Positions 1 to 9,862 of a stretch of DNA of 64,000 nucleotides are shown one piece after another. The position numbers and the translations under genes were made by a program. The notes under the pieces are model-generated. The model had not been told where the DNA came from. It saw only the letters and a list, made by a program, of their open reading frames with translations, and ran no database searches. Source of the stretch: Alphaproteobacteria bacterium (lineage in GTDB: Bacteria; Pseudomonadota; Alphaproteobacteria; Micavibrionales; UBA2020); NCBI GenBank assembly GCA_016124645.1, contig WGNE01000002.1, forward strand, positions 23,334 to 87,333. The letters are read 5' to 3'. Position 1 is the stretch's first letter. The number at the start of each line of letters is the position of its first letter.

Positions 1-2
1 AG

Positions 3-1271
3 GAAATCGCCCGCGACAAGGCGCAGGTGAAATCCGTCCCCGTCATCGACTGGAAAACGGATGTCGCCGCCGCGAAGCCCGCGCCCGCCGCCGTTCCCGT
101 GACGCCCGTGGCGGCCAAAGTCGCCGTGGCCAAGTTCGCGCCCGTGCAGCCGGTCAAGACCGCGCCAGTGCAGCAAGCCAGCGCGTCCCTGAGGGGCTAC
201 AGCCATTCCTACCGCCAGACGCTGGCGGGCATTCCTGTCCGCAGCGCGGCGCAGCCGCAGTTTCAGGCCGTTCCCTCGCAGCAGCCCACGCTGGCCGAAG
301 CGCGCGCCGCCGCGCAGGTGCAGCCCGCCTCGGGCGGGGCCAAGCCCGACAGCGACGGTTTCGAGAGCCCGGACGGCAGCTTCAACGCCAACAGCGCCGA
401 AGCCTTCCTCGACCGCATCATGTCCTACCACCATGTGCCCGGGAAGAAGGCGGAGCCGGAGCCGATGCCGAAGCATTCCGCCCGCGTTTTCGGCGATGAG
501 GGCAAAAAGCCCGCCGCGCGGACCGTGCCGCATCAGGCCGCCGCGCCCGTCATGACGGCCCCGCCGCAGCAAGAGCAGATGTCGGCCAGCACGCCCATCC
601 CGTACAACGGCGGGGCGGAACCGGTGCGCCTTGACACCCTGCTGCATCAGGCGGGGCTTTCCACCGTGCGCTTCACCGGCGGCGGGGAGAACGGGTTGCA
701 CGTCCGCCAGTGGACGACGGGCAAGCTGAACGGCATGGTCGAGCAACTGCCCGCCGGCCATTTCGACGCCAGCGTGCAAAGCTACATCGACCGCTACCGC
801 CAGGACTGCGCGAACCAGCTGCACGTCAGCATGGGCGCGGTGCAGAACGTGGCCGCCGGCACGCTGCAGCAGGCCGTGGTTTCCTGCCCGGCGACGGACA
901 ACAGCTATGACACCTCCTTCGTCTTCCTGCAGGACGGCAAGACCTTCAGCGCCATCCTGCACACGGGCTATCCGTCGGACGCGGCGCAGATCAACAACAT
1001 CGGCGACAACATCGCCTATATGCTCGGCAGCTCGGGCGGGCTCGACCTTTCGGGCGCGGTGACGGGGCATACCGCCGCGATGATCGCGCCGATGGCGGGC
1101 GGCCCCGACGGCTTCAACGCATCTTCGCCCATGGATCGCGGCATGTCCGGCCCGCCGCCCGTGGATGCGCCGCAACAGCCGCTGCGCCTGCATGTTCCGC
1201 CGCTTCTCCAGCAGGGCGCCGCGACGCCGCAGGGCGGCGATGGCGATTTCAAGACGATTGTCGTGCAGTAA
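3..1271 (+). CDS. hypothetical Pro/Ala-rich protein; 5' end probably outside the window
   Basis: The track ORF 27..1271 starts at GTG, but the frame stays open back to base 3. The N-terminal half is low-complexity P/A/Q-rich. The C-terminal ~130 aa resemble the C-terminus of the next gene. Confidence 0.5.
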   Translation, partial: EIARDKAQVKSVPVIDWKTDVAAAKPAPAAVPVTPVAAKVAVAKFAPVQPVKTAPVQQASASLRGYSHSYRQTLAGIPVRSAAQPQFQAVPSQQPTLAEARAAAQVQPASGGAKPDSDGFESPDGSFNANSAEAFLDRIMSYHHVPGKKAEPEPMPKHSARVFGDEGKKPAARTVPHQAAAPVMTAPPQQEQMSASTPIPYNGGAEPVRLDTLLHQAGLSTVRFTGGGENGLHVRQWTTGKLNGMVEQLPAGHFDASVQSYIDRYRQDCANQLHVSMGAVQNVAAGTLQQAVVSCPATDNSYDTSFVFLQDGKTFSAILHTGYPSDAAQINNIGDNIAYMLGSSGGLDLSGAVTGHTAAMIAPMAGGPDGFNASSPMDRGMSGPPPVDAPQQPLRLHVPPLLQQGAATPQGGDGDFKTIVVQ

Positions 1272-1319
1272 TAATAAGGTGCGGTTGAGAGCGGTGTATC
1301 AGTCAAAAAGGGAAAAGAC

Positions 1320-2735
1320 ATGAAAACATCGCTTTTGCGCCCGTTCCGCTTTCTGGCCCTCGCCGCCGTTCTTGCGGTTTGCGGCGGCGTCTCCGCCCGC
1401 GCCGTGAGCATCAGCGCGCCGGTGGACGAATGGACCGTCGGGCCCATCCGCGCCAAATCCTCCAGCGGCGTCGGCTATTGCTCGATGAAGAACACCTATG
1501 ACGACGGCAAGTCGCTGGTCTTCGCGCGCGATGCGGAAGGGTCGAACTCCATCGCCATCGACTTCCGCAAGAAGACGCTGAAGGTCGGCGCGCAATATCT
1601 CGTCAGCATGAAGGTCGGGATGCTCGACCGCAGCATGGTCGCCATCGCGGCCACGCCCAAGGTTCTCATCGTGCAGATGGGGCTGGACCGCGCCTATTAC
1701 GACATGCTCCGCCGCAAGAGCGTGATGCAGATTTCCTACGACGGCAACGACATGGCCTTCGCCCTGAACGGCACCAGCGACGGTCTGGCCGCGCTGACCG
1801 ATTGCGCGAACGCCATCGGCAACGGCAGGCCTTTCGCCGAGGTGAGCATCGCGACCACGGCCATTCCCGCCGACAAGCTGGCGGACGATGTCGCCGCCGT
1901 GCTGCCGTCTGACGCCCTGGACAAGACCGGCCCGGTGGCCAAGATCACCCCCGATGACGTGAACCTCGGCAAGCAGGCCGCGGAGTCCACGCTGCAAAAA
2001 GAAATCGCCGAGCTGCGCGCCGAGAACCGCAAGCTGCTGCTGCAAAACCAGGCGATCGCCGCGCGCATGGCCGCGGAGGATCATGGCCGCCACCCGCTGG
2101 CCCAGCCGGACCCGCCGGAAGAGATCGTCGATATGCCGGAACTGGCGCAGGCGCCCGTCTCCGGCCCCGTGCCGAAGGCCGTGAGCGTCAAGACGAGCGC
2201 GAAGGAACGCGCGAACGGCAAGACGCATGTGATCTCCGCCTCCCTTTCGCCGGAGGAAACGCAGGCCGTTCCCGCCGGGCAGGCCGGTTCGATGTCGTCC
2301 GTCGAGCCCGCGGCGGGCGGGGTGAGCCCCGATATTTTCCTGAAGAGCCTGCTCAAGCGCGCGCATCTGCGCCCGATGGCGGCGGGGCAGGGGCGTTACA
2401 CATGGAAAACCGGCGATATCTACGGCGGCGCGCTGGCCGGGCCGCTGCCCGCCGATACGGATTTCTCCCATGCGGTGGACAACTATATCGAGCAGGCGCG
2501 CACCCGCTGCGGGGGCGATTTCGCCCGCAAGATGGGGCTGGTGAAGATGGAAAAAGGCCTGTCGCTGCAGACCGGTGAAATCGCCTGCATCGACGGCAAG
2601 CACGACGTGGGCGCGGCGCTGGTCTTCATCCGCGACGGCGGCAACCTCATCGTCGTCACCCACGAAGGCACGACCGACCAGATGGGCGATGCGCTGAAAA
2701 AAAGAAAAGACGTTATCTCAGCGATTTCCGGCTGA
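1320..2735 (+). CDS. secreted hypothetical protein (Sec signal peptide)
   Basis: N-terminus MKTSLLRPFRFLALAAVLAVCGGVSARA looks like a signal peptide. A coiled-coil-like stretch (LQKEIAELRAENRKLLLQNQ) lies mid-protein. The C-terminal domain is shared with ORF 3..1271. A terminator follows. Confidence 0.6.
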   Translation: MKTSLLRPFRFLALAAVLAVCGGVSARAVSISAPVDEWTVGPIRAKSSSGVGYCSMKNTYDDGKSLVFARDAEGSNSIAIDFRKKTLKVGAQYLVSMKVGMLDRSMVAIAATPKVLIVQMGLDRAYYDMLRRKSVMQISYDGNDMAFALNGTSDGLAALTDCANAIGNGRPFAEVSIATTAIPADKLADDVAAVLPSDALDKTGPVAKITPDDVNLGKQAAESTLQKEIAELRAENRKLLLQNQAIAARMAAEDHGRHPLAQPDPPEEIVDMPELAQAPVSGPVPKAVSVKTSAKERANGKTHVISASLSPEETQAVPAGQAGSMSSVEPAAGGVSPDIFLKSLLKRAHLRPMAAGQGRYTWKTGDIYGGALAGPLPADTDFSHAVDNYIEQARTRCGGDFARKMGLVKMEKGLSLQTGEIACIDGKHDVGAALVFIRDGGNLIVVTHEGTTDQMGDALKKRKDVISAISG

Positions 2736-2760
2736 ATATAAAAGCAAATTCTCAACAATG

Positions 2761-2797
2761 AAAAAGCGAAACCTCTGGACAAGGGTTTCGCTTTTTC
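2761..2797. terminator. bidirectional rho-independent terminator between convergent genes
   Basis: Stem AGCGAAACC / GGTTTCGCT (2765-2773 / 2784-2792), flanked by an A-run 5' and a T-run 3'. Confidence 0.55.
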
Positions 2798-2834
2798 GCA
2801 TTGAGAATAAAGAATTAATTCCGGCGCATGTCCG

Positions 2835-3371
2835 TCAGTGCTTCTTCGCCTTGTAATAGCGCGCGCAGGCGTCAAGCAGGGCTTCGCGCAGCTCCCGGCC
2901 GATCTTGCCGCCGTCGCCTTTTATCTGGCTGCCGAGCACGGCGTTGATGGACATTTTATGCGCGACGACGATGTCCAGCACGTCCTTGTCGGTGTTGCTG
3001 ACGGTTTCGAGGAAGTTGACCAGCGTGTTGCTGATGTCGCTGATGAGCGGGTAATGGAACATGCCGCCCTGCGCCTTGAGCTGCATGGCGGGGTAGAGCA
3101 TGGCCTCGATCGCCTGCTCGCCCTGAAGCGAGCCGGATTTCGCATCGGAAATCGCCTCGCGCAGCACGTCCACCAGCATGGCGGCGATGGGCTGGAATTC
3201 GATGGTATTGGTCTCCATCAGCTCCGTGGCCTTCATCAGCACTTTCTCGTCGATGCCGCCGCTGCCGACTTTTTGCTTCAGGCGGTTGGGGGGAGAGATA
3301 AGCTCCGCCTTGCGCAGCTTTTTCTGGTCCCGAAAGGTATCTTCCATTTCCATCGTGCGTGTCCTCCTCAA
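2835..3371 (-). CDS. hypothetical protein encoded directly downstream of a response regulator
   Basis: 178-aa ORF, 15 nt downstream of the receiver gene on the same strand. Predicted helical and acidic. Start uncertain (Met1, Met7 or Met9). Confidence 0.55.
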   Translation of the reverse strand: MRRTRTMEMEDTFRDQKKLRKAELISPPNRLKQKVGSGGIDEKVLMKATELMETNTIEFQPIAAMLVDVLREAISDAKSGSLQGEQAIEAMLYPAMQLKAQGGMFHYPLISDISNTLVNFLETVSNTDKDVLDIVVAHKMSINAVLGSQIKGDGGKIGRELREALLDACARYYKAKKH

Positions 3372-3386
3372 AGAGCCGCGGCGGCG

Positions 3387-4028
3387 TTATTCGCGTTTGC
3401 CGCTCTTCTCTTTTTCGTAGCGTTTCTTGATGTCCTTGGCCTTCTGCACTGCGGAGGAGACGTTGGATGCGCCCTTCGCGGCGGATTTGGCGGTTTTCGT
3501 GACGGGCGGCAGCACTTCCGGCTCCAGCTTGCGCACTTCGGGCTCGTCGGTGCGGCGCTCCGGCCCGCTGTAGTCGCCCTGACGCTTGCGGCGGCGGTCG
3601 GGGCCGAAGTAATTCTCGCTGCTCACGAAGTGGCGCGGGCGCTCGATCAGCTGCTCGATTTTCTGGTACAGCGCCTTGGCGGTGAAGGGCTTCACCAGAA
3701 ATTCCGTGATGCCTGAATCGCGCGCCATCAGCACGCGGCGTTTCTGGCTGTAGCCGGTCATGAGCACGATGGGGGTGAAGGGGTTGGGGCTTTTCTCGTC
3801 CACGCGGATGCTGCGGGTCAGCTCCAGCCCGTTCTTGGGTTCCTGCAGCCAGTCGATGATGACGAGGTCGGGGTTCAGGCGGCAAAAGGCCTCGAACCCT
3901 TCGTCGCAGCTATAGGCGGAATAAACCTGGTTGACGCCGAAGGCCTGCAGCACGGAGCGCGTCAGGTCGAACATCGCCCGCGTACTTTCCACGACCAGAA
4001 CCGTGATGTTTTTGAACTGATAGCTCAT
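3387..4028 (-). CDS. response regulator, single receiver domain with basic C-terminal tail
   Basis: Receiver signatures: VLVVES..., DLVIIDW (phospho-Asp), LMTGYS, EFLVKPF. This is followed by a GPDRRRKRQ / PERR-rich tail with no DNA-binding domain. Confidence 0.85.
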   Translation of the reverse strand: MSYQFKNITVLVVESTRAMFDLTRSVLQAFGVNQVYSAYSCDEGFEAFCRLNPDLVIIDWLQEPKNGLELTRSIRVDEKSPNPFTPIVLMTGYSQKRRVLMARDSGITEFLVKPFTAKALYQKIEQLIERPRHFVSSENYFGPDRRRKRQGDYSGPERRTDEPEVRKLEPEVLPPVTKTAKSAAKGASNVSSAVQKAKDIKKRYEKEKSGKRE

Positions 4029-4237
4029 GATGCCGTTTTAATTATTATTTCTATAATATTGCTTTTCAAGTCAGCGGTATCACCTATCAGCAATAGCCCC
4101 TCAACCGTTTAATATCAAGCCATTTCACGCTTTTCGCCGGGCCGCCAGTCGTGCTAGAACTAGAGAATACAAATTACAGTATAGCCCATCAGGCTTAAGA
4201 CATCCTTAAGACTTCTTTAACCTACGGATACCGGATT

Positions 4238-4990
4238 ATGGCAGGCCATTCACAGTTCAAGAACATCATGCACCGCAAGGGCGCGCAGGACAAGAAACGC
4301 GCCAAGGTTTTCAACAAGCTGGCGCGGGAAATCACGGTTTCGGCCAAGTCCGGCCAGCCGGACCCCGAGGGCAATCCCAGATTGCGCGCGGCCATTCAGG
4401 CGGCCCGCGCGGCCAATATGCCCAACGACCGCATCAAGCGCGCCATCGACCAGGCGAACCCCAACAGCGGCGATTTGTCGAACTATGAAGAGATCCGCTA
4501 CGAGGGCTACGGCCCCGGCGGCGTCGCCGTCATCGTCGAGGCGCTGACCGACAACCGCAACCGCACGGCCTCCGAAGTGCGCACCGCCTTCGCCAAGAAC
4601 GGCGGGTCACTGGGCGAGACGAACTCGGTCAGCTTCATGTTCGCCAAGCTGGGCAATATCGTCTTCCCGGCTTCCTGCGCGGGGACGGAGGCGATGTTCG
4701 AGGCGGCGGTCGAGGCCGGCGCGGAAAACGTCGAGACCGACAAGGACAACCACGAGGTCACGACCCAGCCCGAGGATTTCATGGCGGTCAAGGACGCGCT
4801 CGAGGAAAAATTCGGCGAGCCGGAAAGCGCCGCCATCGTCTGGAAACCCAACAACACCGTGAAGCTGGACCTCGACCAGGCGCAAACCCTTTTCGCCATG
4901 ATCGAGCAGCTGGAAGACAGCGACGACGTGCAGAACGTCTATTCCAACTTCGAGGTGGACGACGACGTGATGGAAAGGCTGGCTTCTTGA
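4238..4990 (+). CDS. YebC/PmpR family transcriptional regulator
   Basis: N-terminus [23 protein letters not shown] and the length (250 aa) are diagnostic of the family. It has the classic position upstream of ruvC. Confidence 0.95.
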   Translation: MAGHSQFKNIMHRKGAQDKKRAKVFNKLAREITVSAKSGQPDPEGNPRLRAAIQAARAANMPNDRIKRAIDQANPNSGDLSNYEEIRYEGYGPGGVAVIVEALTDNRNRTASEVRTAFAKNGGSLGETNSVSFMFAKLGNIVFPASCAGTEAMFEAAVEAGAENVETDKDNHEVTTQPEDFMAVKDALEEKFGEPESAAIVWKPNNTVKLDLDQAQTLFAMIEQLEDSDDVQNVYSNFEVDDDVMERLAS

Positions 4991-5493
4991 GAATTATCGG
5001 CATCGATCCGGGGCTGCAAAGAACGGGCTGGGGCATCATCGATGTCAAAGGGAACAAGCTGACGCATATTTCCCACGGGGTCATCAAAACGCAGGCCAAG
5101 GCGGAAATCTCCCGCCGGCTGGAAACCATCTATGACGGGCTGACGGAAATGATCATGCTCTGGCGCCCGCTGGACGCGGCGATCGAGGAAACCTTCGTCA
5201 ACAACAACCCGGCCAGCGCGCTGAAGCTCGGGCTTGCAAGGGGCGCGGCCATGCTGGCGCCCGCGCGCGCGAAGCTGGACGTGGCGGAATACCCCGCGAC
5301 CCTCGTCAAGAAATCCGTGGTCGGCGCGGGCCATGCGGAAAAATCGCAGGTGCAGATGATGATCAAGGTCTTGCTGCCGGGCGTCGAAGCCTCGAGCGAC
5401 GCGGCCGACGCGCTGGCCGTCGCCATCTGCCACGCCCACCACGGCATCACCAAGACCAAGCTGGGCGGCATCATGTCGGGAGGGGTCAGATGA
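4987..5493 (+). CDS. ruvC: crossover junction endodeoxyribonuclease RuvC
   Basis: [20 protein letters not shown]-terminus, 168 aa, 4-nt overlap with yebC, followed by ruvA and ruvB. Confidence 0.95.
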   Translation: MRIIGIDPGLQRTGWGIIDVKGNKLTHISHGVIKTQAKAEISRRLETIYDGLTEMIMLWRPLDAAIEETFVNNNPASALKLGLARGAAMLAPARAKLDVAEYPATLVKKSVVGAGHAEKSQVQMMIKVLLPGVEASSDAADALAVAICHAHHGITKTKLGGIMSGGVR

Positions 5494-6143
5494 TCGCGAA
5501 ACTCACGGGCGTTATCGACAGCGTGGGGCAAAATCAGGTCATCGTCGATGTGAACGGCGTGGGCTACCTCGTCTTCGCCTCCTCGCGCACGCTGGCCCGC
5601 ATCGGCTCCGCGCGCGGCACGAACGTCAGCCTGCTTATCGAGACCATCGTGCGCGAGGACCAGTTCGCGCTCTACGGCTTCGCCGACGCGGTCGAGAAGG
5701 AGTGGTTCCAGATCCTCTATACCGTGCAGGGCGTGGGCGCGAAGGTGGCGCAGGCCATTTTAAGCACCGTCGATCCCGAGCAGCTGGCCGTCGTCATCGC
5801 CGCGCAGGACAAATCGGTCTTGCAGCAGGCGGACGGCGTGGGCGGCAAGCTGGCAGCGCGCATCGTGACCGAGCTGAAGGAGAAGGCGGGCAAGATGGCG
5901 CTGGGGCAGGCCGCGCAGCAAAAGGTGCAGGACGCACGCAGCAGCACCGGCAAGGGTGGCAAAGCCGCGCCGCTGGTCGATATTCCCAAGAGCGCGGGCA
6001 ATGACGCCGTTTCCGCACTCATCAACCTCGGCTACGGCCGGGCGGAGGCCTTCGGCGCCGTCGCCAACGTGGTGCGGCTGATGGGCGAGGACCTGCCGCT
6101 GCCCGATCTTATCCGTGAAAGCCTGAAGGAGCTGAGCGCATGA
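5490..6143 (+). CDS. ruvA: Holliday junction branch migration complex subunit RuvA
   Basis: MIAKLTGVI...VDVNGVGY N-terminus, HhH region ([27 protein letters not shown]). Overlaps both ruvC and ruvB. Confidence 0.95.
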   Translation: MIAKLTGVIDSVGQNQVIVDVNGVGYLVFASSRTLARIGSARGTNVSLLIETIVREDQFALYGFADAVEKEWFQILYTVQGVGAKVAQAILSTVDPEQLAVVIAAQDKSVLQQADGVGGKLAARIVTELKEKAGKMALGQAAQQKVQDARSSTGKGGKAAPLVDIPKSAGNDAVSALINLGYGRAEAFGAVANVVRLMGEDLPLPDLIRESLKELSA

Positions 6144-7213
6144 CGAGCGACCCGCAAGCGCAGCGCGAGGTTTCCGCGCAGTATCACCCCGAGGCGGACG
6201 CGGAGGAGCATTCCATCCGCCCGCTCTCGCTCGACGATTTCACCGGCCAGAAAAAGGCGCGCGACAACCTGCGCGTCTTCATCGAGGCCGCGCGCACCCG
6301 CAAGGAGCCGCTGGACCACGTGCTGCTCTTCGGCCCGCCGGGGCTCGGCAAGACCACGCTGGCGCAGATCATCAGCAAGGAGCTGGGCGTGGGGTTCCGC
6401 GCCACCTCCGGCCCCGTCATTTCCAAGGCGGGCGACCTTGCCGCGATTTTGACCAACCTGCAGCCGCACGACGTGCTGTTCATCGACGAAATTCACCGCC
6501 TGAACGCGGCGGTGGAGGAAATCCTCTACCCCGCGATGGAAGACCGCCAGCTCGACCTCATCATCGGGGAGGGGCCCGCCGCGCGCTCCGTGCGCATCGA
6601 TCTTCCGCCCTTCACGCTGGTCGCCGCGACCACGCGCTCCGGCCTCATCACCCGCCCGCTGCGCGAGCGTTTCGGCATTCCGCTGCGGCTGGAGTTTTAT
6701 CAGCCGAAAGAACTGGCGCGGATCGTCGCGCGCGGCGCGAGCATCATGGGCATGGACATCACGCCCGAGGGCGCGTTCGAGATCGCCCGCCGCTCGCGCG
6801 GCACGCCCCGCATTTCCGGTCGCCTGACCCGCCGCGTGCGCGACTTCGCCCTCGTCGATGGCGTGGCGACGGTGGATGCGAAAACGGCCGACGCCGCGCT
6901 GTTGAAGATGGAAGTGGATAGCGAGGGGCTGGACAGCATGGACCGCCGCTACATGGGCTGCATCGCCGACAGTTACGGCGGCGGCCCCGTGGGGGTGGAA
7001 ACCATCGCCGCCGCCCTGTCCGAGCAGCGCGACGTGCTGGAGGAAGTGGTGGAGCCCTATCTTCTGCAATGCGGCCTCATCATCCGCACCCCGCGCGGGC
7101 GCATGATTTCGGACGCGGGCTACCGCCACCTCGGCCTCAACCCGCCGCCCGACGCGAAAACCCGCCAGCTGGCGCTGATGATCGACAGCGCGTCGGAAGA
7201 GGATGTCGGATAG
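6140..7213 (+). CDS. ruvB: Holliday junction DNA helicase RuvB
   Basis: Walker [10 protein letters not shown], Walker [10 protein letters not shown], RuvB-type C-terminal winged helix, 357 aa. Confidence 0.97.
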   Translation: MTSDPQAQREVSAQYHPEADAEEHSIRPLSLDDFTGQKKARDNLRVFIEAARTRKEPLDHVLLFGPPGLGKTTLAQIISKELGVGFRATSGPVISKAGDLAAILTNLQPHDVLFIDEIHRLNAAVEEILYPAMEDRQLDLIIGEGPAARSVRIDLPPFTLVAATTRSGLITRPLRERFGIPLRLEFYQPKELARIVARGASIMGMDITPEGAFEIARRSRGTPRISGRLTRRVRDFALVDGVATVDAKTADAALLKMEVDSEGLDSMDRRYMGCIADSYGGGPVGVETIAAALSEQRDVLEEVVEPYLLQCGLIIRTPRGRMISDAGYRHLGLNPPPDAKTRQLALMIDSASEEDVG

Positions 7214-7220
7214 GTACAAC

Positions 7221-7276
7221 CCGCCACCCCGCCGCGGGCGCGGCGGACCGGACCCCCGCCTTCGCGGGGGTGGCGG
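7221..7276. repeat. GC-rich nested inverted repeat between ruvB and ybgC
   Basis: CCGCCACCCCGC (7221-7232) pairs with GCGGGGGTGGCGG (7264-7276). An inner GGCGG/CCGCC pair is also present. No T-run follows. Confidence 0.4.
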
Positions 7277-7306
7277 TGAGTGTAGAGAGACGAAGGAATA
7301 AAGGCT

Positions 7307-7702
7307 GTGTCACCGGTTCATGAGCTGCCCGTCAGGGTCTATTACGAGGATACCGACGCGGGCGGCATCGTCTATCACGCAAGTTACATAAGATTCGCCG
7401 AGCGCGGCCGTACGGAGATGCTGCGCGATACGGGCTTCGAGCATGCGCAGCTTTTCCGCGATCAGGGCATCGCCTTCGCCGTGGTCTCCATGTCGATAAA
7501 TTTCAAGTCTCCCGCCAAGCTTGACGAGCTTCTGGTCGTCAAAACAAGCATCACCCGTCTGGGCGGGGCGAGCATGGATATGCGGCAGGATATTTACCGT
7601 AACGATACGTTGATTTGCGAGATGAAAGTTACGCTTGTTTGTGTTGATAAGACGCTTAAAGCTGTTAGATTACCAGAAGCCGTCCGGCAGCTTTACGGAT
7701 AA
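7307..7702 (+). CDS. ybgC: tol-pal-associated acyl-CoA thioesterase (YbgC, 4HBT hotdog family)
   Basis: VRVYYEDTDAGGIVYHASYIRFAERGRTE motif, 131 aa, directly upstream of tolQ. Confidence 0.85.
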   Translation: MSPVHELPVRVYYEDTDAGGIVYHASYIRFAERGRTEMLRDTGFEHAQLFRDQGIAFAVVSMSINFKSPAKLDELLVVKTSITRLGGASMDMRQDIYRNDTLICEMKVTLVCVDKTLKAVRLPEAVRQLYG

Positions 7703-7804
7703 ATCCGCGCGCAAAACCGTCACCCGGCGGGGAACAAAACAGGGTTTTCAGGCTTTTGCAATCCGTGGCCCTGTTTTCGCAGCGGAACTTTTTAAGAGGA
7801 AACG

Positions 7805-8539
7805 ATGGACCCGACCATACCCATTCACGCCACGCAGCTGGCCGGCACCGTGCACCATGACCTTTCGGTCTGGGGGCTGTTCCTGCAGGCCGACCTTATC
7901 GTCAAATCGGTGCTGATGATCCTCATCGGTTCCTCGGTCTGGAGCTGGGCGATCATCGCGGACAAGTGGATCACCTTCAAGGGGCTGGGGCTGAAGGCCA
8001 ACAAGTTCGAGAATTCCTTCTGGTCGGGCGAGGCGCTCGAGAAAATCTTCAAGCGCATCCAGGCCAAGCCGGGCGACCCCATGGCGCGCACCTTCTGCGC
8101 GGGGATGCACGAATGGAAGCTGACCACCGAAAGCAACGCGCATTTCGACGGCGATTTGCGCGCGGGCCTCGCCCAGCGCATCGACCGCGCCATGGCGACC
8201 TCCATCAACCGCGAGATCAACGTGCTGGAACGCTACATGACTTTCCTCGCCACCGTCGGTTCCACCGCGCCCTTCATTGGGCTGTTCGGCACGGTCTGGG
8301 GCATCATGAACAGCTTCTCCGCCATCGCGGGGGCGCAGAACACCAGCCTCGCCGTCGTGGCGCCGGGCATCGCGGAGGCGCGTTTCGCCACCGCCATCGG
8401 CCTCGTCGCCGCCATTCCGGCCGTCGTGGCCTATAACAAGTTCTCGACTGACCTTGCCCGCTATCAGGACAGGCTGGACGCCTTCGCCGCCGAATTCAGC
8501 GCGATCTTGGGCCGCCATCTCGAGCGGAGCACGCCCTGA
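7805..8539 (+). CDS. tolQ: Tol-Pal system protein TolQ (MotA/TolQ/ExbB channel)
   Basis: Three TM segments and the conserved TVGSTAPFIGLFGTVWGIM motif. Followed by tolR. Confidence 0.9.
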   Translation: MDPTIPIHATQLAGTVHHDLSVWGLFLQADLIVKSVLMILIGSSVWSWAIIADKWITFKGLGLKANKFENSFWSGEALEKIFKRIQAKPGDPMARTFCAGMHEWKLTTESNAHFDGDLRAGLAQRIDRAMATSINREINVLERYMTFLATVGSTAPFIGLFGTVWGIMNSFSAIAGAQNTSLAVVAPGIAEARFATAIGLVAAIPAVVAYNKFSTDLARYQDRLDAFAAEFSAILGRHLERSTP

Positions 8540-8973
8540 TGGGCGCGCAGCTGAAAGGCCGCACCCGCCGCGCGCACGGCGTGATGTCCGACATCAACGT
8601 CACGCCGCTGGTGGACGTGATGCTGGTGCTGCTGGTCATCTTCATGATCACCGCGCCGCTGCTGACCACGGGCGTGCAGGTCAACCTGCCCAAGGCGCAG
8701 GCCAACGCCATCAGCCAGCAGGACAACAAGCCCATCGAGATATCGCTGGACGCCAAGGGGCGCATCTACATCGGCGAAAAGAAGGTGACGGTCGATCAGC
8801 TGGGCGGCGTCCTGCAGGCCATCGCGCAGGAAACGACCGACCGCCGCGTCTATATCCGCGCGGACAACGACATCGACTACGGCAAGGTCGTCTCCGTCAT
8901 GGCGACGGTCAACTCGGCGGGGTTCAGCAAAATCGCGCTGGTGACGGATTCGACGAAGAACAAGAAGGACTGA
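8539..8973 (+). CDS. tolR: Tol-Pal system protein TolR (ExbD/TolR family)
   Basis: SDINVTPLVDVMLVLLVIFMITAP motif, 144 aa. Its start abuts the tolQ stop. Confidence 0.9.
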   Translation: MGAQLKGRTRRAHGVMSDINVTPLVDVMLVLLVIFMITAPLLTTGVQVNLPKAQANAISQQDNKPIEISLDAKGRIYIGEKKVTVDQLGGVLQAIAQETTDRRVYIRADNDIDYGKVVSVMATVNSAGFSKIALVTDSTKNKKD

Positions 8974-8977
8974 CAGC

Positions 8978-9838
8978 TTGGCGGCAATACGCGAGACGGG
9001 GATGCACAAGGAATCCCTCGCCATATCGGTGGGGCTGCATCTTGCCGTGCTCCTGCTGGCCGTCGTCAGCTTCCCCTGGCTGCACAAGGATTTCGAGGTG
9101 CCGCAGCCCATCTCGGTCGATCTCGTGGACGTCTCGAAGCTGACGCAGACGACCAAGCCCTCGGACCATGCCGCGCCCAAGCCCAAGAAAGAGGAAAAGA
9201 AAAAGGACGACCACCCGCCGCCCGCCGCGCATAACAACGCGAAACAGGCCGTGGCTCCCGTGCCGAAAAAGGTGGAGGAGGAAAAGAAAAAGCCCGCCAA
9301 GGCCGAAAAGCCCGTCGTCATCACCGACAACAAGGCGGACAAGAAAATGTCCAAAAAGGACGAGAAGAAGCCCAAGGCCAAGCCGCAGCCGAAGGAGGAT
9401 TTCAGCTCCGTCCTGAAAAACCTCGTCGATAGCAAGGACACCCATGCGTCCGCCAAGACGCCGGACATGAACCTGAACGAAAAAGCCTTTCAGGAAGCCG
9501 CGCAGCAGGCGCCGCTGGGCGCGCGCATGACGATGAGCGAGGAAGACGCGCTGCGCCGCCAGCTGGCCAGATGCTGGAACGTGCCCTATGGCGCGAAGGA
9601 CGCGGACAAGACGCCGGTGGACATCCAGATGGTCGTCAACCGCGACCGCACGCTGGCCTTCGCCCGCGTGGTGGACAGTAGCCGCTATAATTCCGACAGC
9701 TTTTTCAGGGCGATGGCGGACAGCGCGATGCGCGCCGTGAAGAATCCTTCGTGCTCGCCTTTTGAGCTGCCGCCTGATAAATATGATACGTGGAAAAACA
9801 TCACCGTGACTTTCGATGCCAGCCAGATGTTCCAGTAA
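8978..9838 (+). CDS. tolA: TolA-like cell envelope integrity protein
   Basis: N-terminal TM anchor, a long K/E/P-rich linker, and a TolA/TonB-like C-terminal domain. Located between tolR and tolB. The TTG start at 8978 is uncertain; an alternative ATG lies at 9002. Confidence 0.7.
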   Translation: MAAIRETGMHKESLAISVGLHLAVLLLAVVSFPWLHKDFEVPQPISVDLVDVSKLTQTTKPSDHAAPKPKKEEKKKDDHPPPAAHNNAKQAVAPVPKKVEEEKKKPAKAEKPVVITDNKADKKMSKKDEKKPKAKPQPKEDFSSVLKNLVDSKDTHASAKTPDMNLNEKAFQEAAQQAPLGARMTMSEEDALRRQLARCWNVPYGAKDADKTPVDIQMVVNRDRTLAFARVVDSSRYNSDSFFRAMADSAMRAVKNPSCSPFELPPDKYDTWKNITVTFDASQMFQ

Positions 9839-9862
9839 CCGGAAACCAACAGGAAGAAGACC

